This document shows, piece by piece, positions 44,827 to 55,134 of a stretch of 64,000 nucleotides of DNA (position 1 is the first letter of the stretch; each line of letters starts with the position of its first letter). Both the position numbers and the translations under genes were made by a program. Origin of the DNA: a virus; the IMG/VR virus record IMGVR_UViG_3300048014_000353, positions 1-64,000 of that record. One strand, written 5' to 3'. The notes under the pieces are model-generated. The model worked only from the letters and a program-made list of their open reading frames with translations, searched no databases and was not told the origin of the DNA.

Positions 44827-45135
44827 TCATGGCCAAACCTCCACAGTGCAAACCTTCGCCAATCCGCAGCACACGAGCGCGCCCTGCACGCTCCCGTCCG
44901 GAGAGGTCCCGCGCGCCTCGTAATAGGCGTCGTCCGAGGTCGAGCAACCTTCTTCGCCCGTGGCGATGCCGTCCCCCATGACCGTCACGTTCGTCCAGCC
45001 ATGCATCGCCAGCACGCGCGTCGCGATGCCGCGGTCCCCCGGTCGAAAGAACGCCGTCAAACCCGCGCTCAGAAGGCACGCGAGAACCGCGAGCCACACC
45101 ACCACACCCATCCCTTCTTGCTCATCGCGTCGCAT
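44827..45135 (-). CDS. Small secreted/membrane Cys protein (paralogue of 47192-47482)
   Basis: Signal/TM segment, then GWTNV...GCS..D...GALVCCGLAKVCTV. Confidence 0.6.
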   Translation of the reverse strand: MRRDEQEGMGVVVWLAVLACLLSAGLTAFFRPGDRGIATRVLAMHGWTNVTVMGDGIATGEEGCSTSDDAYYEARGTSPDGSVQGALVCCGLAKVCTVEVWP

Positions 45136-45153
45136 GGATCCTCCGGAAGGAAT

Positions 45154-45171
45154 CGACTCAAAAACGAGTCA
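45154..45171. promoter_or_regulatory. 18-bp operator copy
   Basis: CGACTCAAAAACGAGTCA. Confidence 0.7.
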
Positions 45172-45180
45172 CATCATCCG

Positions 45181-45450
45181 TCAACGGGCCGCCTCACCCG
45201 CCGCGCACCGGTAGAGGAAGGCACGCCCCGGCAGCCTCGCGCGAGTCGCAAGCCCGAGCCTCCGCAGGTCCTCCAGCTTGTTGTTCGCGCCGCCCGGACT
45301 CCCCTTCGCGCCGAGCTTCGCGTGCAACTCTACGGGCGTCAGCGTTTGGTGGACGCGCAGGAGGTCATAGGCTCTTTGGAGCTTCGGCGGCAGGTGCGCG
45401 AGTCCCGTGCCCTGGCAGGCGCGGCAAGGAATCTTGGTCTTCTCTTTCAT
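45181..45450 (-). CDS. Small winged-helix protein with a CxxC motif
   Basis: CRACQGTG...LTPVELHAKLG...NKLEDLRRLGL. Confidence 0.55.
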   Translation of the reverse strand: MKEKTKIPCRACQGTGLAHLPPKLQRAYDLLRVHQTLTPVELHAKLGAKGSPGGANNKLEDLRRLGLATRARLPGRAFLYRCAAGEAAR

Positions 45451-46637
45451 CGGGTCCCTCGAAGAAGTTGATCGATCCGTGCGTAGAGCTTGGGAGCCGA
45501 GCCCGTCGGCACCTCCTCTTCGTAGAGCCGCGAGAGCTCCGGCCACGCGGCGATGAAGGGGGCCCACTCCGGGTGCGCGACGGCGACCTCGGCGAGGCGT
45601 TCGGTCCAGCCGTCGGCGCAGCGGAGCAGGCGATAGCACCGCCCGAAGTCGCCGTGGTCGTAGGGGACGCTCGCGAGCGGCTTGCCGCCGAAATAGGTGT
45701 AGACGTCGGGGCGCCGCGCGAGCACGGCGAAGATGACGCGCGAGCTCGCGCCGGTGTCGGGCCCGGCGAGCCACTCGGCGGGGCTCTTGGGGTGCAGGAG
45801 CGCACAGTCGCTTGGCGCGTGGCCGCGCAGGCTGCAATACGTGCACACGTTCCCGTTGGGGTGCGGCTCGCACCCGCCATGGGCTTTGGCGAATTCCGCC
45901 GAGGTCTGCCCCCAGACGAGGATGTCCGAGCGCTCCAGCACCTGGAAGGCGCCGCAGCGCAGACACTCGATCCGGTTGCCCTTCACGGTGTTGATGACCA
46001 GCCAATTCAAGTTCGCGGTTTCCTTAGACATGAAGCGCCCCTTCGATCCCTTCTCGTTCCGCGGCGAGGTCGGCCTCCGATGGCATCCCTGCGCCGGCGG
46101 CGATGGCCTCGTCGATCGGCAGTCCCGCGCGGAACGCTTCCGCAGCAAAGCGGAGCCGCGCCACCGTGAGGAGGCCGCACTCCTCCGAACACACGACGAG
46201 GCGCTTCTCCGGTGGAGCCGTAGGCTCCGCAACGCCCGTCGGAGCTGCCTTCGTGACCATGGCGCGCTGGCAGCCGACGCACACCGCGACCTCGTCACCG
46301 AGGTCTTGTCGGAGGTGCTTGTAGTGGACGTCGCTCATGCCGCGCGCCTGCTCGCGGAACTTCTTCTCGAAGCGGGTCACGAAGCGCGAGCGCTTCCACA
46401 TGCGCGCGGCGCCCGTCACGAGTTCGAAGACTCCCTGCGCGACGATGCCTAAGACGAAGAGCGCCACGGGCGGCCCAAAGAACAACCAGACCCACAGCCA
46501 CTCGGGCTCGTCGTCGTCGATCGGCTGCTGTGTCTTGGCCCAGCGAAACGCGGCGATGACCCCGACGCCGCTGGTCATCCAGCCGGCGAGCACCCAAAGC
46601 GTGACAACGGCGACGTGGACGCCGTGCGGAGAAGGGT

Positions 46638-47195
46638 TCACGCGGCGCTCCGCGTGCGCTTCGGCCCCAGGCGGCGCATCTCCGCCTGGAGACACCCGCA
46701 CGAGCTCGTCCGCCCGTCCTCGAAGTACCGGCCGAGGACGACGACGAGCTTTCCGCACGTGCAGCGGCATTCCCACTGCGCGTGGCCGTAGCGGTCCTTG
46801 CCGACTTGCCGCACCGCCGTGAGCCGGCCGTCCTCTTGGCGCTTGCCGGCGAGGTCCCGCGGGCGCTCGCTGGGGTGAAACTTTTCCGGGGCGTGCGCGA
46901 GCTGCGTCGCGACGAGCGAGGCGAGCGGAAGGCGGTAGTCCCCGAGCCACGTGCGCCCCTCGGCCGTGAGCACGTGGGAACCTGAGGCCGACGCGATGAG
47001 ACCTTCGAGGTCCAGCCAGGAGAGAAGGTTCGCGGCCTTGGTGACCGGGGCGCGGTGGGCGACGGTGAAACGCACGACGTCTTGGAGCGAGCGCGGCTCG
47101 CGCAGGAACGCCGCGAGGGGGCGAGCCCATTCGGCCCAGCGCGGATCGGAGGACGCCGGGCACGAGGCGCCTCCGACGGACACCGCGCTGGTCAT
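46638..47195 (-). CDS. Protein with a homing-endonuclease-type N-domain (WECRCTCG...SSCGC) but no nuclease domain
   Basis: DLAGKR..GRLTAVRQ...WECRCTCGKLVVV...GRTSSCGC. Confidence 0.6.
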   Translation of the reverse strand: MTSAVSVGGASCPASSDPRWAEWARPLAAFLREPRSLQDVVRFTVAHRAPVTKAANLLSWLDLEGLIASASGSHVLTAEGRTWLGDYRLPLASLVATQLAHAPEKFHPSERPRDLAGKRQEDGRLTAVRQVGKDRYGHAQWECRCTCGKLVVVLGRYFEDGRTSSCGCLQAEMRRLGPKRTRSAA

Positions 47196-47482
47196 CGTGG
47201 GGTCCTCACCGTGCACCCCTTGCTGCTGAAGCCGCTGCTGCTGAAGCCGCCGCAGCAGACGATGGCCCGCGCGGGGCGCCCGACCGCATCGAGCCCACGA
47301 GCCACGAACTTGGCGCCGTCGTCGTCGCCGCAGCCGGTGCGAAAGAAGGAATCGTCCTTCTGAACGGTCACCTGCGACCAGCCGAGGAAACGAACCGCGC
47401 TCTCCGCTTCGGACGGAGGAACGTCGTCGCACGCCACCACGAGACAAGCCGCGAACGCCGAGGCAATCAACGGGAGTTTCAT
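47192..47482 (-). CDS. Small lipoprotein (paralogue of 44827-45135)
   Basis: Lipobox VVAC; GWSQV...GCGDDD...AIVCCG...GCTVR. Confidence 0.65.
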   Translation of the reverse strand: MKLPLIASAFAACLVVACDDVPPSEAESAVRFLGWSQVTVQKDDSFFRTGCGDDDGAKFVARGLDAVGRPARAIVCCGGFSSSGFSSKGCTVRTPR

Positions 47483-48636
47483 GCAACCTCCTTCGGGAAT
47501 TGACGGACGTGGAGATCGAGCGGGAGCTCCGCGAGGTCGCCCCCCTTCCGATCAAGAAGCTGGAGACAATTGGAGCTCGTCGCGACGCCGATTGGTGTTT
47601 CGCGCGGGAGGCCGAGGACGCTCGGGTGCAACCCCGTCATCGCCGCCATGGCGACGGGCCCCATGGCCTCGGGGTTGGTGACCACGACGTGCACGGGGAT
47701 CGACGAGTCGAAGGGGCGCGCGCCCGCCTGCTTGAAGAAGGCGGGCGTCCCCGCCTTGGCGCAGTCGGCGAGGATGCGGCGTGCCCATTGGAGGTCGAAG
47801 GGGCGGGAACCCGGCCCACTCTCGCCCCCCACGATGACCCAAGATCGCGGACGCGCGTGGCGGAGGAATCCTCCCGGGACCCATTCCATCGTGTCCCGAT
47901 CGAGGTGGCCGCTCTCCCAGAGAAACGCGCCGATGTCGACGCGCTCCAGCAGCGGCTCGCACGAGAGGAAGCGAATCGCCGCGGGGATTGCGCAGAGGTC
48001 CGGGATGCGCTCGTCGGCGCGCTTCTGGTCTTCCACCGACACCCCGAGGTGCACGTTGGGAAGCGGCCAGGGGACCGCCGCCCCTTCCTCGCTGACGACC
48101 AGGTAGTCCGGCGCGCCGGTGTCCTCCGGCGGGAGGCCGAAGTACGCCTCGATGCGCCTCGATTCCGCGAGGCGCTTGAACATTGCCACCTGCGCTCGGA
48201 ACGCGGGCGAGAGCATCACCTCGCGCATGCGCGTGGAGCGCTTGGTGAGCACCTGGAACGTGTGCCGCGGCGCCGCGGCCATGACGCCGAACACAGCCGC
48301 GATCTCGTCCACGTCGACCTCCTCGTAGAAGAGGTCCCCCATGTCGGCGACGAAGATGCGCGAGGGCTTCCGGAGCTTCAGCGGCATCGTGAGATCCGGC
48401 AGCCAGAGCCGCGACTCGCCCGTCCACTGCGGACCGTGCGCGGTGAAGGTCGCGAGCCCTCCGTACTTCTTCGTCTTACGCAGACGAGTCGAGATGAGCC
48501 GCTCGGCGTAGCAGCCGCCGACCCCGCGGGCGCCCCCGCAGCCGGGGCTCACGCGCCGGCAGCCGTTGACGATGGGCCACGAGTGGCCGAGCGAGCCGTC
48601 GTCGTTTCTGCACCATTCGATCGTCGTCTTGCCCAT
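47479..48636 (-). CDS. DUF5131 (phage Gp37/Gp68) family protein
   Basis: TTIEW...GCRRVSPGC..CYAE...IFVADMGDLF...HTFQVLTKR...GVSVEDQ...FLSCEPLL...WVIVGGESG. Confidence 0.92.
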   Translation of the reverse strand: MGKTTIEWCRNDDGSLGHSWPIVNGCRRVSPGCGGARGVGGCYAERLISTRLRKTKKYGGLATFTAHGPQWTGESRLWLPDLTMPLKLRKPSRIFVADMGDLFYEEVDVDEIAAVFGVMAAAPRHTFQVLTKRSTRMREVMLSPAFRAQVAMFKRLAESRRIEAYFGLPPEDTGAPDYLVVSEEGAAVPWPLPNVHLGVSVEDQKRADERIPDLCAIPAAIRFLSCEPLLERVDIGAFLWESGHLDRDTMEWVPGGFLRHARPRSWVIVGGESGPGSRPFDLQWARRILADCAKAGTPAFFKQAGARPFDSSIPVHVVVTNPEAMGPVAMAAMTGLHPSVLGLPRETPIGVATSSNCLQLLDRKGGDLAELPLDLHVRQFPKEVA

Positions 48637-49045
48637 GGCGGCCCCTACGCGCTCTCGCGGTCCCACTCGACCGGGAGCGTGTCGTGGGTCGTGTCCATCA
48701 GCGACGCGACGTCGTCGGTGGGGCGCGCCTCGGAGGGCTCGCCCGGCCGTCCCGACCCCGACACCCGCGCGAGCTCGACGAAGCGCGCCGTGACCGTCCC
48801 GTCCGCGCTCGTGTCGCGCACGAGCCACTCGAGCACCGCGCCCCGGCCACCTGTCTCCCGCAGCGTGTCCATCATCCCCTCCAGCGTCCCGCCGAGCGCG
48901 ATCCGCCGCGCGCCCCGGCGCACCTGGTAGAGCGGCGGCCGCACCCGAGCCCGAATCTCCACGCTCTCGACCGCAGCTTCGTTCGATACGGCTTCCATCC
49001 TGGCCTCCCTCGTTTGAACCCCACACGGCCACGCCACGACCCTTT

Positions 49046-49912
49046 TTACGCCGCCGCCTCCTGCGCCTCGCGCCGCCGGCAGCGGCTCCCCGGCCGCGCC
49101 ATCCGGTCGGCGACGACGGCGTCCACGGCCGCGCACGCGAGCACGTACGGCTTCTTTTTCATGGGCAGGAGCCCGCCGTCGCGGAGCCAGATGCGCAGGG
49201 TCTCGCGCGAGATCCGCACGCGGAGCTCCGCCTCCCGAAGGCTCTCGGTCCCCTCGGTGGGCGGGTCGCGGCGCTCGGCGACGATCTGGTCGATGACCAC
49301 GCTCGGCACGCGCCAGGACGTTCCGCGCGCTCCCTTCCGCGCGACGCCCGCTTCCTTCAGCCAATCCCGGAGCGTGCTCGACGAGATGCCGCGCGCGCGG
49401 GCGGCCGGATGCACGATCTCGCTTGCGAGCCACGCCTGCACGGCGTCGTCGGCGTCCATCGAATCGACGAAGCGCTTGGCCGCCCCCTTCCGCGCCCGCG
49501 TCCCTCGGTGGAAGGTCTGGATGCGCTTGGTCTTGATCCCCATGGCCGCCAGGATTCGGCGGAAGGACGCGCCCGTATATCCGCAGCGGGCGGCCGCCGC
49601 GCTCACCGACTCGCATCCTTGCGGCACGCCGCGCGGCAGCTCGAGTTGGCCCACGCGCTCGTAGACCGCGTAACGACCGCGGCCGAGTCGGCGGGCAATC
49701 TGGTCGAGCGTTGCCTCCTGCCACTCGCTCCGAAGGAACTGGTCCTCGTCCGCGGTCCAGTGCCGCCGGACTGCGAGCCCGAGGACACGGACACGGTGAA
49801 AGACCGCCGCGCGCGAGCGGTGCGGGAGCGCGGCGTGGGTGGCCTTGACGCTCTTGGCGTAGAGCGCGCGCAAGATAGCGTCCTCCTCCGAGGTCCAGCG
49901 CACGCCGTTCAT
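49046..49912 (-). CDS. Multi-HTH DNA-binding protein with two Myb-like repeats
   Basis: RWTSEEDAILR...RSRAAV and HWTADEDQFLR...IARRLGR..YAV, followed by further HTH-like segments. Confidence 0.65.
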   Translation of the reverse strand: MNGVRWTSEEDAILRALYAKSVKATHAALPHRSRAAVFHRVRVLGLAVRRHWTADEDQFLRSEWQEATLDQIARRLGRGRYAVYERVGQLELPRGVPQGCESVSAAAARCGYTGASFRRILAAMGIKTKRIQTFHRGTRARKGAAKRFVDSMDADDAVQAWLASEIVHPAARARGISSSTLRDWLKEAGVARKGARGTSWRVPSVVIDQIVAERRDPPTEGTESLREAELRVRISRETLRIWLRDGGLLPMKKKPYVLACAAVDAVVADRMARPGSRCRRREAQEAAA

Positions 49913-50075
49913 GCGCGCCTCCGAAAGGCCGTGACGACGTCCACGCTCGGCGTCTCGGCGCGCCGGGCGACCACAGGCCCCTCGTCGCTTCGACGAAGGA
50001 GGTGCCGCCGGTACAACCAGCCAATGACCAATGCAACCGCGACAACGTCGGACACGTACATCCTGCGCTCCTGCA

Positions 50076-50093
50076 TGACTCGCAAACGAGTCA
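50076..50093. promoter_or_regulatory. 18-bp operator copy
   Basis: TGACTCGCAAACGAGTCA, identical to the 1482 copy. Confidence 0.8.
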
Positions 50094-50211
50094 GTCCATC
50101 CACGGGGCACACGCTCGCTCGAGATGCGTCGGCCACATCCGAGGGCAACGCGATCGGCTAGAACGCCACGTCTCAGCCGACGCGTCGTTCGTCGCGGGGC
50201 AAGCCCCACGT

Positions 50212-50229
50212 TGACTCGATTACTAGTCG
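50212..50229. promoter_or_regulatory. 18-bp operator copy
   Basis: TGACTCGATTACTAGTCG in an intergenic gap. Confidence 0.7.
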
Positions 50230-51301
50230 AGTGTGAGCGGTGGGGGTAAGTTTCAATGGCGTCTCAATGGTAGAGATGAGGCGAATTTGTGCGATCTCCG
50301 CGTGAGACGAGGCGTATTCGCGCCGACCGTGTCTTCAACCTTCGTCGGGCACGAGGCGCGGTAGATCGCCGTGGTGCACGCGGCTCGCGTCGGCGATCGA
50401 CGTGCCGCACCGGTAGCAGCCCGCGAGCGCTTTGGCGCTGGCGGGGATCGCCTGCGAGTAGAGCTCGTCGTCGTTGCAGAACGGACAGAGCGGCCAGCCG
50501 TCCTCGCGGAGCGCGCAGACGTCATAGCGGTGAAGGCCGTCCTTGCCGCCGAGCCCTTGCAGCTTCTTGGCATCGGCCTCGGCATCCGCGCGCGTCACGA
50601 AGCGGCCGTGGGCGCACGACGAAAGGAAATAACCGTGCTCGCGTCGAGCGCGGCACTTCAGGCACGGCGTCTGGACGCAGGAGACGACGACGGCCCACCG
50701 CGCGATCTCGCCCGCGCAGTCGGCGCATGGGCACCGCGGGACCCACGCGGGGGGCTTTTCGAACGCATCGTCCCTCACCAGCCCCACCAGCCTTTGATCT
50801 TGGCGACGGGAATCTCGTACAGCATGCCGTTGCCCCCTTCGCCGTAGATCCCCGTGACCGAAACGTTGCTCATGTAGGCCCGAAAGCGTGCCTCAACAAT
50901 CGAAGGAGAGTCGTCGGTCGAGAAACGGCCGAGCGCGCAGTCGGAGGAATCGCAGTCAAACCAGAGATACCACCACTCATCCCGCGGATGGCGAGCGGGG
51001 CGGCAGAGAAGCGCGACGTCGTCACCGAGCTCTCCGAGCCTCGTATGGTGTTGGCCCATGTTGGCGACGTTCGCCGCGAGCTTGAACGGGTCGGGCTCGT
51101 AGCGCGAGATCAGGAACGCGACGACAGGCGTGAGGTACGGCGTCCATGCGGAGAGGAACGACTCGGCGACGTACTCGACCTTCCACCCCGTGTTCCTCCT
51201 AGTGAGGTCGATCCGCATGTCTTCCCAGTCCGTAGGGTCGGGATATTCGCACCGCGAGGGCATGTAGTTGAAGAACGCGTCCGTGTCGTCGCCCGAGGAG
51301 A

Positions 51302-51838
51302 TCATGGACATGCGGGAGCCTCCAGCGACTTCATCGCCTGCACGTACCAGACGTTGTCGATGTCCTTGTCCGTGATCTGCACGAGGTCCTCGGGCTTGCC
51401 GAGCACGCCCCACCACGACTCGCATCCGAAGACGATGCGCTTCAAGTCGGGCACCCAGATGGCCGGGTTGTGGAACGCATGGGAGACCTCGAGCACGCCG
51501 GTCTGCGCGTGGAATCGGGCGGACGCCTGGAGCGCGATGTCGCCGAGGTAGATCCCGAGGTACGTCTTCTTCTCGTCGGTGCAGGGGCGTACCGCCACGA
51601 AGCGGCCGACGGTCTTCCGTCCGTAGTGGATGACCTCTGACTCGGCGTTCGTGATCCCCATGACCTCGATCGGGTACGTGATGCGCTCGAGCGGCTCCGC
51701 GAGCATCTCAGCCATCCAATCGACGCACGCCTTCTTATCGTCGGGCGCCGTCAGCGACGCCTTGTAGGCGGCGGCGATCTTCGCGTCGATCGCTTTTTGC
51801 TGCGCGTGGAGCTTCTTGAGTTCTTTCTTCGGATTCAT
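51302..51838 (-). CDS. Hypothetical phage protein
   Basis: MNPKKELKK...VAVRPC...TYLGIYLGD...NPAIWVP...IVFGCESWWG. Confidence 0.65.
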   Translation of the reverse strand: MNPKKELKKLHAQQKAIDAKIAAAYKASLTAPDDKKACVDWMAEMLAEPLERITYPIEVMGITNAESEVIHYGRKTVGRFVAVRPCTDEKKTYLGIYLGDIALQASARFHAQTGVLEVSHAFHNPAIWVPDLKRIVFGCESWWGVLGKPEDLVQITDKDIDNVWYVQAMKSLEAPACP

Positions 51839-53417
51839 GGGGACCCTCGGCGCCGGCGCGCCCGTTCGATGCGTTGAAAGACGTCCGCGCGTGTCGCGCA
51901 TTCGCATGGGGCGCCCACATTGGCTTCGCAAAGCGCGCGAACCTCGGGCCAAGGCTTCGCATGCAGCGCGAGCTCCGCGCGCAACGCCGCGCGCGCTTCG
52001 CTCTCTTTGCGGCGAACATCGGCGAAGAAGTCGCGGGTCTCGTCGACCACGCGGCGCTGTCTGTCCTCCTCAATGGCATCGGCTTCACGATGCCTACGCT
52101 CGACGAGCGCCGAAACGGCGAACACGAAGACGAGTTCGAACAAGACAGCGCAGCCGAGGATCGGTAGGTCGCTCACGCTCCGCAGCCTTCCTCACGGTTG
52201 GCGCGCGCGAGGGCGCGCCGAATGGCATCGGCTCTTGCCTCCGAGAGTCCCACGCCCTCGAACGCCGCGAGCACCGCGACCCACCGCGGCGGGTGGCTGA
52301 GGTCGAGGAACATCGGCCACCCCCCAAAGCAGGGCGTTTCCGAACACCCCAACGTGGACAGGGACATCGCGTCGATGTCGGCGCCCGGCTTTGCGAGGGT
52401 GAAGGCGAGCAGGCTCGCGAACGCGTGCGCGCCGAGGGTGAGCCCGTGCACCTTCAGGCCCTCATAGCGGTAGGCCTCCACGAGGCGCAGGGCACGGTCG
52501 GGCGCCGACGCGTCGTAGGGGATGGTCGCGGGGGGAGTCGGGGGCCCAGGAGGGGCCCCTGGCAGCCTGTATCGCCAGTCCGGTGTGCTCGGGTAGACCT
52601 TCACGTGGTCGTCGTCGCGCGTCTCCGCTTCCGCTTGGAGCATGCCAGCTCCCCCTGTCGTCGCAGCGCGCGGTTCTCTTCGAGAAGCGCGGAGCACCGC
52701 GCCTGGGTGGATGAGAGGTTGTCGAGCATCGTGTCGTGGTCGGCGATGACGTGCGCGATGGCTTCGTTGACGGTGTCGTCGTGGGCGACGAGCTCGCGCA
52801 GGCGGACCACCGCGCTTCGGAACGTTGGCCTAGCCTCGATGGCAGGGCCGTCCGACTTGAACGCCCCGCACGCTTCGCACCCGGCTTCGACGACGGGGCT
52901 AGCGTTGCGGTGGTCGCAGACGGGGCAGACGCCCCGCTGCGCGTCGGGTCGAACGTCTCTCACGGTGAGGGTCTTCGTCATCGGCGGTCTCCTTCGGCGG
53001 CGAGCGGAAGCGACTCCATCCACTGGCGGATCTCTTCCATGCGGCCCCGCGCAGCGTCCATCCGCTCGTGGGTCTCGGCGTACGTCTTGTCCGTGACGCC
53101 GGACGTACTGAGGTCTCGACGGAACGCGCGGACGTTGCGGAGCTCGTAGTGAATGGCGGCGAGCATCGACGCCTCGCGCACCTCCATCGGCGTCATCTGC
53201 GTCGAATGGATCACGCTCTCGAGCATGTCCACCACGTGATGGAACGCGACGTCGTGTTCGTAACGGTACTCCGGCGGGTACAGCGGACGTGCGGCTGCGC
53301 GCTGCGGAGCTTCGACGAGCGCGGGGGAAGGGGAGATCTCGACGCCGCAGCCGGGGCACGTCGGGTCGTTGGGGGCGATGACCGCGCCGCACCGGCAGCG
53401 GGAGGATGTGCGGACGC

Positions 53418-54323
53418 TCATCGGCCCCGCGCGCATGCGATGCGTTCAGCGCGGAAGATCCGAACGGCGCGCCGAAGCGCCTCGTGTCGAAGCGCGCGTT
53501 CGCGCTGCCAGGCGACCACGAAGGCGCGCGCACGTCGATCGTCCGTGTCGGCCGTTCGATCGTGGTACGGCGCGTCCCCGAAGGTGGCGAGCTGGGGTCG
53601 ATTGGCGTGCCAGCCGTCCGGTGACGTCGGCCTGTAGGAGTTGTATGGGAGCCCCTTGCCGGACCTGTTGCGGACCGTCTCGCTCACGCGTTCGACGATC
53701 GCGATGACGCGCGGATCGGTGTTGAAGATGGCTCTCGCAAGGTGCTTCACGTCGAAGATGCGATAGTCGGACTTCCGCGAGGGCATCGGTGCGCAACCAT
53801 GGTCTGAGCTCGGCTCCATGAGCGAGTCGGCGATCGGAGCAGGCTCAATGGGCTGCGTCGTCGCTCTGGCCAGCAGAAGCCTCGGTTGTTGCAAGCGCCA
53901 GCGCTGGGCCGCAATCATATTTCTCGGCCCGTAATCGACTAGGTCCATCCACTGATCGGCTGTGACCTTGCTGGTCCAGTCGTCTTCCGAACGATCGAGG
54001 ATCGTAAGGGTACGTGGGCCGAGCATCGACACGGAGGTCAAGTCACAACCCTGGAGCCGGGTGCCAAGGTCCCACTCGAACGTTGCGATGGCGTTTTCGA
54101 TACCTTGTGCAACGCGCAGCCTGTCTTCGGTACTGAGTTCGCGCCAAAGGTCTGATGCGTAGAGGACGTCACCTACCAGTGTGCGAAGCCGCCTGGGAGT
54201 TACGAACTGGACCGGCAACGCCGGCGCATCGAGTGCTGGGTCGTACGCGCAGGGAAAGCCTCGCAATCGTACGACCTCGTCGTCCAGCGCGAGCTGCAAG
54301 AGCTGAAGGTTCGCTGTCGTCAT
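53418..54323 (-). CDS. Hypothetical protein with atypical (more A/T) codon usage
   Basis: 301-aa ORF, visibly less GC-rich than its neighbours (not computed). Confidence 0.6.
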   Translation of the reverse strand: MTTANLQLLQLALDDEVVRLRGFPCAYDPALDAPALPVQFVTPRRLRTLVGDVLYASDLWRELSTEDRLRVAQGIENAIATFEWDLGTRLQGCDLTSVSMLGPRTLTILDRSEDDWTSKVTADQWMDLVDYGPRNMIAAQRWRLQQPRLLLARATTQPIEPAPIADSLMEPSSDHGCAPMPSRKSDYRIFDVKHLARAIFNTDPRVIAIVERVSETVRNRSGKGLPYNSYRPTSPDGWHANRPQLATFGDAPYHDRTADTDDRRARAFVVAWQRERALRHEALRRAVRIFRAERIACARGR

Positions 54324-55134
54324 CCGGTCGTCTCCTTCGGTTCGGTGCTTTCAGGCAGTCGGTCCCCTTCGCCGAGCGTCATCGTGAGGAGCGGGTCGCA
54401 CGAGGAACGAAGGACCGGGTCGCACTCGGAGAGATTCGCGCGCGCCTTGGCGAGCGCGAGGGCGACGGCGCGCACTCGCTTCGCGAGCGTGTGGAGGTTC
54501 TCGTCTTCGAGCGCGCGCTCGAGTTCCGTGAGGCCGGCGTCGTCGATCGCCTGGTCGCGATCCTCACGGAGTCTCTGCACCGTCCGGCGTTCGGCGTCGA
54601 GCGCGCTCAGTAGCCGCCGTACGGCCTCCTTCGTGATGTCCGTGTGGCAGACGTAGGGGTCGGCGAACCACGCGCGGATCTGCTCCACAGTCTCGAGCTT
54701 CGACAGGACTGCGCGGGTCTCGTCGTCCCAACCCCGGTTCGTCATAGCGGCTACTCCCACGTTTCCTTTGCCTGAATAATCTGCGACGGATGCACTTCAC
54801 CGGCCATGGGCTTCTCTTTCTTCGGTCGTCGTCGCGAGGTCTTCCCCGGCCGCACGCGCGCGAGCCATGCGAATCGCGGCCTCTTTGGACTCGAAGCGAG
54901 CGGTGTTCGTGCCATCGACCGTCCGTGCGACCCAGTAGCCTGGGCGGATCTCGAAGACCTCCCAATCGTCCCGCTTCCCCTTGAAATGGAAGCACGTCGC
55001 CGACGCGAGCGCGCGCTCCTCCGCTTCGTCGAGCAGCTGCGCGAGGGAGGCGCGGTCGCGCCCGTACGCCCAATCACTCCGGTCTTTGGCGAGGCCGTTG
55101 GTTCGGAGCCACGCGCCCGCCCGCTCGAGGTTCG

